IMG/VR virus record: IMGVR_UViG_3300006045_001036
Reading direction: 5' to 3' (one strand)
Length of the DNA: 64,000 nt
DNA from: a virus
Lineage: Duplodnaviria > Caudoviricetes
Positions 9,423 through 17,600 of this stretch are shown one piece after another. Within the stretch, counting starts at the first letter, position 1, and every line of letters starts with the position of its first letter. The translations under genes were made by a program, and so were the position numbers. The notes under the pieces are model-generated. The model had not been told where the DNA came from. It ran no database searches and saw nothing but the letters and a program-made list of their open reading frames with translations.

Positions 9423-10372
9423 TCCTTGTTGTTTTTGAGTTCTTGTTTTGCCGTAGCGGAAATGATGTCTTTAATCGCAACATGGAAATTATCGACATTT
9501 TCGTTTTTCGTAGTAATCGTTGTTTCTTCTGAAGAATTGCCGACAACACAGCGGAAATCTGCTGAGAACCCGCCTTTGTCATCCATGGCAGTTATAGACG
9601 GTATTGTGAGAACTAAATCGTAATCTACCGACGTGCTGTTGATTTGACGAACATCCGCCTCTATCCTAATCGTGTTCCCGATTGCTTGTTTGGTTACATT
9701 CTTCAGCGTTATCCCCCGAGGGCGGAATTTGTCGATATCAAGCTTTGTCTCAAGCCATTCGATTGTGTCTTTCTTCGATTTTGATTTATTTTCAGCAGAA
9801 GAATTGATTTGAGCAGGATTCGGGTCAGCGGGATTTGTCGGCTCAGGTGGCGGAGTTTCATCGGAGTCAACCTTGTTCGTACTGTCTTTCATTCCGCTTG
9901 GCTTCATGGACGGTGCAGCGTGGTTATTGGTATCACCAACACGCTGAACATATACGAGAGCGTTTTCTCCTTCGTCAATCCGCTCGAAAGCCAGCATAGT
10001 GAAATTCCATGCCTGTATCCCTCTCCACATAGGATTAATAACCTTGCGTAAATCGGTGTCTGCCGAGAACACTGCGTAAAGTTCGCCGTCTTGCTCGTAT
10101 ACTCTTTCGAGTCCACGCAAATCATTATCGTTTTTAAGTTGATGGTATATCGAGTTAACCCAGTCGCTGTCAAACACAACAGGACTTTTCGACGTGCGGA
10201 CGTTCACCGACGCATTCCCTGACATTGCCGAACTTTTGACCTCGACACCAAGACGCTGCAGAGCCGTCGCACGTTTAGACGAAGCAAGCAGCTTTGTAGT
10301 CTTATCCTCGCTCTTAATCGAAGAATAAATCTTAGATTTTGACATGAAATCAGCAGTAGATACTATTTTCAT
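9419..10372 (-). CDS. Hypothetical, candidate head-associated protein
   Basis: 317 aa; several IxSS-type motifs (IYSS, LASS, VKSS, INSS). Confidence 0.65.
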   Translation of the reverse strand: MKIVSTADFMSKSKIYSSIKSEDKTTKLLASSKRATALQRLGVEVKSSAMSGNASVNVRTSKSPVVFDSDWVNSIYHQLKNDNDLRGLERVYEQDGELYAVFSADTDLRKVINPMWRGIQAWNFTMLAFERIDEGENALVYVQRVGDTNNHAAPSMKPSGMKDSTNKVDSDETPPPEPTNPADPNPAQINSSAENKSKSKKDTIEWLETKLDIDKFRPRGITLKNVTKQAIGNTIRIEADVRQINSTSVDYDLVLTIPSITAMDDKGGFSADFRCVVGNSSEETTITTKNENVDNFHVAIKDIISATAKQELKNNKD

Positions 10373-10374
10373 CG

Positions 10375-10653
10375 TTAATCCTCCTGTACTTCAGGTAATC
10401 TTATTTCCACCAAACCACCAGCTTTCGGAATGATGATATACTTCATATTTTCTAACAGTTTTATCGTAGACGACATCAACGGTGTTGTCGGAGTCCACTC
10501 ACTTCCACCATCGTTTGCCATAGTATTTAATCGTAAGGCAATTGCCTCTCTTTCCACACGTTCGGAAGCGTCTTTAGCAATTTTCGCTAATTCTTGTGCG
10601 GGTTTAAGAACATTCAATTGTTCTTGCGGTATAGCGGGTTGTAATTTATCCAT
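10375..10653 (-). CDS. Hypothetical protein, first gene of the head/packaging operon
   Basis: AAGGAGGT RBS; 92 aa. Confidence 0.65.
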   Translation of the reverse strand: MDKLQPAIPQEQLNVLKPAQELAKIAKDASERVEREAIALRLNTMANDGGSEWTPTTPLMSSTIKLLENMKYIIIPKAGGLVEIRLPEVQED

Positions 10654-10754
10654 AGTTATAATACCTCCTTAGAGCTTTATAGAGAGTTTATAGTTTCATT
10701 TAATAAATGCTATAATTAAGTCACCAATCTGTAAGAATGATGGCAAACTATGCC

Positions 10755-10783
10755 TTGACAAAACTTTAAATTTGTGTTACACT
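10755..10783 (+). promoter_or_regulatory. sigma-A promoter
   Basis: TTGACA-17-TACACT with extended TG. Confidence 0.8.
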
Positions 10784-10812
10784 GATGCAAAACCTTGAAA
10801 GGATGTACACAA

Positions 10813-11085
10813 ATGTCTATTATATCTAAAGACCCCACCCGCTCTGAGGAACTAATTCGAGAGATTCAAAGAACCGAGATAGAACCTGATTTTTCCAAGA
10901 ATTTACACTTGCAAGAACTCAAAGAGCGAGCCGAGAACGGCAATGAGTTAGACGAGATAGCATATAGAGACGAGCTTCACCGTCAAACAGAAGAATTCTT
11001 CAAAGAAATCGAAACCACCCCCGAATACCAAGAAACCGACACAAAACTTCAAGAGCTATGTGAGCAGTTTGCTGACGAGTGCTAA
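10813..11085 (+). CDS. Acidic helical protein, paralogue of the C-terminal half of 50394-50966
   Basis: ATG 10813 after AAAGGA; EPDFSKN..LQELKERAENG..EIAYRD..FKEIE..EY.E.D.KL.ELC aligns with the 50394 protein. Confidence 0.75.
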   Translation: MSIISKDPTRSEELIREIQRTEIEPDFSKNLHLQELKERAENGNELDEIAYRDELHRQTEEFFKEIETTPEYQETDTKLQELCEQFADEC

Positions 11086-11094
11086 TACACAAAA

Positions 11095-11124
11095 TTGCCG
11101 CTACTCCTGGTTGAATAGCGGCAA
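11095..11124 (+). terminator. Hairpin/terminator
   Basis: TTGCCGCTA...TAGCGGCAA followed by T-rich run. Confidence 0.7.
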
Positions 11125-11142
11125 CTTTATTTTCAAAACCCC

Positions 11143-11171
11143 TTGCTTTTCCCCAAATTCTATGTTAAACT
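11143..11171 (+). promoter_or_regulatory. sigma-A promoter
   Basis: TTGCTT-17-TAAACT with extended TG. Confidence 0.6.
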
Positions 11172-11228
11172 AAGCAATAGCATTTGGTCAATTATGAACC
11201 AACGAAACTAAGAAACGAGGTAAATACT

Positions 11229-12089
11229 TTGAAACGATTTTTATCAATCCTATTATCAATCGCTGTATTCACTACAAGTACAGCGTATAAATCGCACGAG
11301 GTTGAAGCAGACTCTGACATTGAACTTGGTGGGTTTGAGCCTATGAGTGAACCTGTTGAAGAAGGTATTGGGCTTGAAATTAAATTGAAAACAGTCAGTG
11401 GAAACGAGGTTATTGAAATCTCCAATCCGACTGATACTGCAATCTCGTGTAAGGGTCTATACTTGTCTAACGATGTCGAAGAACCTTTTATGTGGCAAAT
11501 GCCGAGCGTGATTGTTCGCCCAGGGGAATCGGCTATTTTTGCGGGGGAGGGCGATAACGATACAGCGTTTCTAAAGAGATGTAAGGTTGATTTTAAGATT
11601 GCGGTTAATTATACGGTTCCTGTGTATAATCATATTTTGTTGAGTACGGCTAATGGGGAATATTTGAACTGTAGTGAGGTTAATTGGTGTAAAGAGTGCA
11701 ACACCGACGATTGGTTTTACAAAAAAGTATCTATAACTTTAAGGAACAACCAATGGGGGGATGTCTATGAAGACGCACTCTACGCAATTATTGATGAACA
11801 CGAACAAACTATAACCTACTACACGAGATACCCTTTATCTTCGTGGAGAACTTATGAATTTAACGTGTCTGGAGATGGTGTTGAATTCGGATATACGTAC
11901 CTCGTTATACAACATTCTATTCAGCCTCCGCAGGTTTCCATGTCAAACAACAATAAGACGTCTACTATATCGCTGTATCACAATATTCCGGGTATTTCTT
12001 TACCTGTTACTATCGCCCGACAGAGCTTTAGTGGTAATCCTCATGCAATCGTAATTGATGATGCGTGGGAGGCTTCCATTACCCAGTAG
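11229..12089 (+). CDS. Secreted lamin-tail-domain (LTD) protein
   Basis: TTG start after GAGGT; signal peptide KRFLSILLSIAVF; IEISNPTDTAISCKGLYLSND...WQMPSVIVRPGES LTD pattern. Confidence 0.7.
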   Translation: MKRFLSILLSIAVFTTSTAYKSHEVEADSDIELGGFEPMSEPVEEGIGLEIKLKTVSGNEVIEISNPTDTAISCKGLYLSNDVEEPFMWQMPSVIVRPGESAIFAGEGDNDTAFLKRCKVDFKIAVNYTVPVYNHILLSTANGEYLNCSEVNWCKECNTDDWFYKKVSITLRNNQWGDVYEDALYAIIDEHEQTITYYTRYPLSSWRTYEFNVSGDGVEFGYTYLVIQHSIQPPQVSMSNNNKTSTISLYHNIPGISLPVTIARQSFSGNPHAIVIDDAWEASITQ

Positions 12090-12142
12090 AGAGTAATGGC
12101 AGAGTTGTAATTACAAGAGTGGAGTGAATACTTAAATAATTT

Positions 12143-12168
12143 AGCCGTTACTTCCACAGGTAACGGCT
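12143..12168. repeat. GCCGTTAC/GTAACGGC palindrome, copy 1
   Basis: AGCCGTTAC-8nt-GTAACGGCT. Confidence 0.8.
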
Positions 12169-12251
12169 TTAAACACATCCAACGACAAAATCAATTGATG
12201 GCAAGCTGTGTAAAGTATTGTATATACTTATTACCGAAAGGAGAAAATTTC

Positions 12252-12642
12252 ATGATTAAGATTAAGAGTTCAAGCGGTGTCGGGGGGGGGGCGAATTTGT
12301 TCGTCTGCCAACAACGAGTTCAACGACATAAAGGCATTTCTTGAAGATATTCGCAGTCAACAAGGTTCGGAGGACAGATACGTAGCAGAGACCAAAGGAA
12401 ATCATACTGTGAATATTCCTGCGAATGCACTCGCACAAGTTGTAGATAAGTTCTTCGGAGCGATGTTAGTTGTTGCTGAGGAAACAGGGGCAACCTACGA
12501 TGCTTATGTCAACGGTTTCAACTATTGGTTGAAACTCTCCGAGAAACGTATCAACGACACACACGGTGAAAGTTTGGGAAACGCTTCAACAGGATTTATC
12601 AAATCGGCATTGAAACAGCAAGTGGCTTATGAAATGAGATAG
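12252..12642 (+). pseudogene. Gene frameshifted in a G10 tract (phase-variable or error)
   Basis: RBS AAAGGAG + ATG 12252 (MIKIKSSSGV) is out of frame with the 12277-12642 ORF; G10 at 12282-12291; G9 restores a ~129-aa protein. Confidence 0.7.
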
Positions 12643-12682
12643 CGAAAATGGCATGGTTGGATGCCGAGAATTAATACACAGC

Positions 12683-12713
12683 TTAGCCGTTGCCTACGGA
12701 AGGTAACGGCTAA
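12683..12713. repeat. Palindrome copy 2
   Basis: TTAGCCGTTGCCT-ACGGA-AGGTAACGGCTAA. Confidence 0.8.
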
Positions 12714-12756
12714 TTTATAATATTAAGCATTTATTTTGCAGGAGGTGATAAATTTC

Positions 12757-13158
12757 ATGGAAAACGAAGAAAACTCAAAAATTCCCGAACCAGTCGATGT
12801 GCCTGTTCAAGAGTATTTGAAAAGTATTGATACCAATTTAAAGCAACTTGTTATTATACTTGAATCCATTACCAACGACAAAAACGAAAACAGAGAGCAA
12901 CAATGTGAGGAAGATGAAGATGAAGAAACTCCATTGGTTTGTTCTGTCTGCGGACACACTACATTAACGTACCATGACATTGAGCTTTGTGGGATATGTG
13001 GAGTAAATTGCATGGCTCGAGGACTTCTCAAACTCCAAGATTTTTTCGAATCGCTTGGTAACGGTGAAATTAATCTTGGCAATAAATTTGAATTTGCGAA
13101 TTGGCAGGTAGAGACTCGACCGTCAGGCTGGAGGTTTGCCCAACAGAAGCAGGGGTGA
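12757..13158 (+). CDS. Acidic Zn-finger protein
   Basis: GGAGGTG RBS, ATG 12757; CSVCG...CGICG..C. Confidence 0.7.
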   Translation: MENEENSKIPEPVDVPVQEYLKSIDTNLKQLVIILESITNDKNENREQQCEEDEDEETPLVCSVCGHTTLTYHDIELCGICGVNCMARGLLKLQDFFESLGNGEINLGNKFEFANWQVETRPSGWRFAQQKQG

Positions 13159-13348
13159 CAATTTTGCCGTTTTTATTAATGTACACACCTGGGTAATAAA
13201 CATTACTCGATTCTACTGGATTTTCATTTTCAGCAACAAAGCACTTTTTCGTAATGCAGTTTTGACAGAAGTAGTTTTTGTGGTGGTTTGTTATTGTCTC
13301 TTTCTTAACCGTAAACATACACCCGCATTCGCAAGTGAATAAAAACAT
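13070..13348 (-). CDS. Small Zn-ribbon protein convergent on and overlapping previous gene
   Basis: CECGC...CQNC; AAAGGA RBS; own consensus promoter. Confidence 0.65.
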   Translation of the reverse strand: MFLFTCECGCMFTVKKETITNHHKNYFCQNCITKKCFVAENENPVESSNVYYPGVYINKNGKIVTPASVGQTSSLTVESLPANSQIQIYCQD

Positions 13349-13380
13349 ATGCAATTCCTTTCTTGGTAGATAATACCCGC

Positions 13381-13409
13381 ATTATACCACATTTTGATGA
13401 ACCTGTCAA
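13381..13409 (-). promoter_or_regulatory. Consensus sigma-A promoter
   Basis: TTGACA-17-TATAAT with extended TG on minus strand. Confidence 0.85.
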
Positions 13410-13416
13410 GTAAACC

Positions 13417-13440
13417 GCCGTTACCTAACGAGGTAACGGC
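13417..13440. repeat. Palindrome copy 3
   Basis: GCCGTTACCT-AACG-AGGTAACGGC. Confidence 0.8.
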
Positions 13441-13502
13441 AAAACTGTGTAAAAGAGCATTTATTTAAGTGTGAAATAAAACGTGGAAAGGAGGAATGTT
13501 TA

Positions 13503-13661
13503 ATGACTTTTAGTGAAAGAGTAGACACTCTAACCCAACCATTAACACCCGAGCAACAAGAACAACACGACAGAGATTTTAATAAGTGTGTGGAAGCTTT
13601 AGCGTCAATCTTTCGGGCAATCCACACCCAAATCCACAGGCAAGAAACCCAGTTTTCTTAA
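13503..13661 (+). CDS. 52-aa protein below the ORF-track cutoff
   Basis: AAAGGAGG RBS; MTFSERVDTLTQPLTPEQQEQHDRDFNKCVEALASIFRAIHTQIHRQETQFS. Confidence 0.65.
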   Translation: MTFSERVDTLTQPLTPEQQEQHDRDFNKCVEALASIFRAIHTQIHRQETQFS

Positions 13662-13874
13662 TGAAACTATTGTACTGGCGGTGTTTAACTCAACGAGCGG
13701 TTGAAGTATGTTTGACATGAGTTGTTTTATGGTGTCATCGTTAAAAGCACCACTTTGAATTTTTGCGGAGGTTTCAAAGAAATTTTCACTTAATGCCGTA
13801 GTAAACGCAGGATAGTTTGCAATAGTTTCGGCGACAGTGTCGGGAATGATTTTGTTAATCTCTTCTTTTGACAT
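13605..13874 (-). CDS. Hypothetical protein convergent on and overlapping the 52-aa gene
   Basis: AAAGGAG RBS and own consensus promoter. Confidence 0.7.
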   Translation of the reverse strand: MSKEEINKIIPDTVAETIANYPAFTTALSENFFETSAKIQSGAFNDDTIKQLMSNILQPLVELNTASTIVSLRKLGFLPVDLGVDCPKD

Positions 13875-13910
13875 GGTTTAGGCTCCTTTGTAAATTTTCA
13901 GAATACCTAT

Positions 13911-13939
13911 ATTATAGCATGATTTACCAAGTCTGTCAA
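13911..13939 (-). promoter_or_regulatory. Consensus sigma-A promoter
   Basis: TTGACA-17-TATAAT with extended TG. Confidence 0.85.
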
Positions 13940-13955
13940 CCCGCAACTAAAACAA

Positions 13956-13980
13956 AAGTATGGGCGAAAAGCCCATACTT
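13956..13980. terminator. Hairpin/terminator
   Basis: AAGTATGGGC-GAAAA-GCCCATACTT. Confidence 0.65.
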
Positions 13981-14061
13981 AAATAAATAATTAAGGAGAT
14001 AAACACATGAAAACACTTATATTAGAAATATCTGAGGAACACGCCTCAAAATAGATGAGAA

Positions 14062-14088
14062 TTGCCAAGCTACGTTGTAGCTTGGCAA
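14062..14088 (-). terminator. Terminator ending the tail operon
   Basis: TTGCCAAGCTAC-GTT-GTAGCTTGGCAA just after the 14094 stop. Confidence 0.65.
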
Positions 14089-14093
14089 AACAA

Positions 14094-14591
14094 CTACCCG
14101 TTGAGTTCTTCATCGCTGCAACAAGGGTCAGTGGTCGATATAATTTCGGGGTCAGACTTGGAGGAAGTTTTAGGTTTCTTTTTGGGTTTTGAAACAGGCT
14201 TTGTAGAAGATTGCTCGACATATTCATTACAGCCGTCATCATGGTGTTGCTCGTCTGTACAACCACAACTACATTCCATTGAATCGTCTGTTGGCGGTTG
14301 CCAAGCATCGGGATTTTCGTGTAAATCAATACAAGGAGCATCTCCCCACATTCTGAATATGGCGGTTTCATAGCAACACTTGTTTGTGCTTCTCAAAAAA
14401 TATTCAAGCTTTTTTCGTCCTAATGGAGAGTTTCGATATATGTGTTTATCTGTCGGTATTGGAACAGACAAAATTTCTCCTTTATACGCTATGATTTCCA
14501 CTGCCGAAAATTCCACTGAGAACGGAGACAACTTGATTTCAATTTGTTTCGCTGTCGTAGGTGTGTCGGGAGATAAAGGTTGAATCGTCAT
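14094..14591 (-). CDS. Hypothetical Cys/His-rich protein after tail fibre
   Basis: 165 aa, AAAGGA RBS; CSCGC..HH motif. Confidence 0.6.
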   Translation of the reverse strand: MTIQPLSPDTPTTAKQIEIKLSPFSVEFSAVEIIAYKGEILSVPIPTDKHIYRNSPLGRKKLEYFLRSTNKCCYETAIFRMWGDAPCIDLHENPDAWQPPTDDSMECSCGCTDEQHHDDGCNEYVEQSSTKPVSKPKKKPKTSSKSDPEIISTTDPCCSDEELNG

Positions 14592-14610
14592 AGTTTTATT
14601 CCTTTCTTAA

Positions 14611-17600
14611 TTAGGTTAATTTCTTCGTTATTATTACTTTGCCATGACCGTAGTTACGTGGTTTCGATAATCCAGGGTCAGTTATTGATGAAATTGGATT
14701 ACTTCCTGTGATATATCCGTTTTGCCTTGTTGCATCGGTGTCTATAGAGCTACGTCCTGCATTTCCACCAGCATTGATGTTTACTGCACCTGCACCTCCT
14801 AAGTTGCCCGAGCCACCACCGCCCCAGTCCGAACTTAAGCTGTGCCCTCCTGCTCCATAGCTATCTGCGTTCGTTGTATTTCCCTCGTGGTCTGTAGATG
14901 TAAGATTAGTAGGACGCCCATTAGTAATCATACTTGCACCACCTCCACCGCCAGCACATAGAATAGGTTCTCCTTTACCAGAGATAGGCGAGTTAGGGTT
15001 GTAGAATAGTTGGAAAGGTTTGAAGTCTTCGATAATATTCTGCGTTCGAGCGACGATTTTAAATATCATCAAATCTCCCGACACACCTCCGAGGTCGGTG
15101 GAATGACTTGTTGAGTTTCGAGTGCAACGAATTTGGAATGTCCCGCTACTGCCATTTGGAATGTTTTTGATAAGAACACGAACCGCCGTTGTCCCTGCTA
15201 ATTCTTCTGTAGTGAAGTCTGAACCGTTGGATTTTCGAAGTAGATGTCCGATTGAATATTTCCAATCTATATTTGAGCCAACGGCAGGTAGATTGCTTGG
15301 CTCGGTGGTAGGTACGGTTGCTTCGGATTGCAAAATTCGAGTAACCCCTGTTTCGGTGTCGTATGCTGAAACTTCATAACGAAGCCCCGAAGCAGACAAG
15401 TCAACAAGGCTGTTATTTCGAGTGATTGACTGTATGATACAACGAGACGAAAAGTGATTCCACCCCGAGCGGTTTAAGTGCGATGCAGGGGTATATTCTA
15501 ATTCAAGCGTAACTGTGGAAGCATTAGTGGAGTCGCCGATAGGATAGCTGTAATTTTGTCCTACAGCGTCACCTATGTTTTTCTCATCTTTAACGAAAGT
15601 ACCTCCTATGCGGGTTATGGAACTGACATCACGACAAGGGTATACACGTACATATGAACAACCGCCCCCACCGTATCCTCTCGGTAAGTTCAAAGTTGCG
15701 TGACGACTTCCATCACCTGCATCGCCACCTTGTGGGAATCCACCGACTCCATTATTACTTGGTTTCTCACCAACACCAATATAAAAAGTGCATGGTGCAG
15801 AAAGCCTAACTTCGGCAGATTTGTACATCCCCATACCGCCTTGATTTCTACCATCCAAACCCGACCTGTCGCTTCTATCCCCTCCGCCCTCTGCACCCCA
15901 ACACTCCATTAGGTATTTTCCCGCAGATAAGGTAATTTGCTGCTCACCCTTTGTGCAATGAAACTCCCAACCCTCATCAAGTTTGTCTCGGGTAATCTCT
16001 CCAGGCGGTATCATATCATTCGTCAATTTTCCCCATTCCGAGTTACGGTCATTATTACTCGCTTTATTAAGACTACGCATCAGCATATCACCGCTTGACG
16101 CAGGTGAGTTGTTTCTGTTGTGCGGCAGAATTTTGTTAGGGGTTACAGCTTTATCTTTAATCGCTACAGGGATAACAACTTCATTATTTGTAGAGTTGTT
16201 ATCGAGTTTGCGGTTGGCTTCCTCGGCAGATGTTAAAGCACGATAACTTGTGTCTGTTGTGGGTAAACGACTTGGCAACATCACATCACCGTCATCAGTT
16301 CTAAACGATTTTTCACCGAATTTAAGAATTTGCCCCCAAGTCTTTTTAAGTATTACATACAACGAGTCACTCTCACCCCAAGTATCATCGTCGGGAGTAT
16401 CGTTGCCGACTACAATATTTGCAAGTCGTTTTTGAGTAACAGCGATTGAAGTGTTTTCGGGGAATTTGTGTCCTGTTCTGTTAGCAGCGTTGTAAGTTCT
16501 TACAGTTTGTGTTACAGGGTCGTAATCAACGTCCCAAGCAGCAATGTATTGACGAAAATCGAGTGGATATATAGCGTTAACCGTGTCTCTTACACGGAAT
16601 ACAAAAACATTGCCGCTACCTGTTTCGGGTATTCTCGGCAATCCCCAACGGGGACCGAAACTCGAAGAGTGTCCTCCCGCACCAACTCCAGTTGGAGTAA
16701 TCCTACTTGGACTCGTAGTACTGCCCCAGTTAACACATCTAATGGCGAGGCGGTCTCCATTCTGCACTTGATTATCGCCAGTACCGTAAGGTATTTTCAA
16801 CCGAAAACTTCCTGAAATCCTTTCAGTAAGACTTTCAGACACATCACTAAACGATACAGCTAATCTTGCCATAGTAGCGAAATCACTGTCAGTATTAGCG
16901 GGGTTGAATGTTTTGAACGTCGGGTTTGGATTGTTTGAAGACCAGTCATATTCTTCGCTGTCGTTGTAAGCACCTTGCAACGAAGTAAATGTACGTTTTT
17001 CGCTTCCCCTAATCCTTACCAAGTGCATTGTTGTGCAACCATTAGTGTTTTCGGTTCTTGACAAAGTAGATACCATGTGCATTGCTGACGGAACATCAAG
17101 AGTGAGAAATACATCTTTATCTGCTTCCATAACTCTACCGAACTCAATGTTAAAATCTCGTGACTCTCCGTCTTCAGCAAATACTACACCACCATCACTT
17201 GTAAGCCCTGTGCCATTAGACTGAACTGTGCCTTGCATAGTCAAAGGCGACGGTGATGTCGAACCCCTAACCCCTGTTATATTACCTGTACTTGGGTTTA
17301 TTAATACTGTAGAATATCTTGTTACAGGAGCATTTCGACCACTCACATACGCACTGTGAGATGGGTCAGGGAATAAACCCTTGTCTATCGCATTTACCCC
17401 CGAGCGACTCAAATTTCTCAGTATCTTACCCCATGTAACAGGGTCGTCAACACTGAAATATCGAGGGTCTCTCTCAGTCGCTGTACCGCCGACATTTGCG
17501 TTGCCTGAGGGATAAGGGGCATCCTCATAATAATTAGCTTTATCTTCGACATTACGTATTGCAGGTACGCTGAATTTCTCGAACGGTGTTTCTACAAATA

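Noticed and set aside
10739-12210. sigma-54 promoters at the two GATGGCAA[AG]CT[AG]TG copies
   Set aside because: GG-to-GC spacing is not 10 nt; only two copies
12143-13440. Integron attC sites
   Set aside because: Arms run GTT...AAC rather than RYYYAAC...GTTRRRY, are short, and no integrase is in the window
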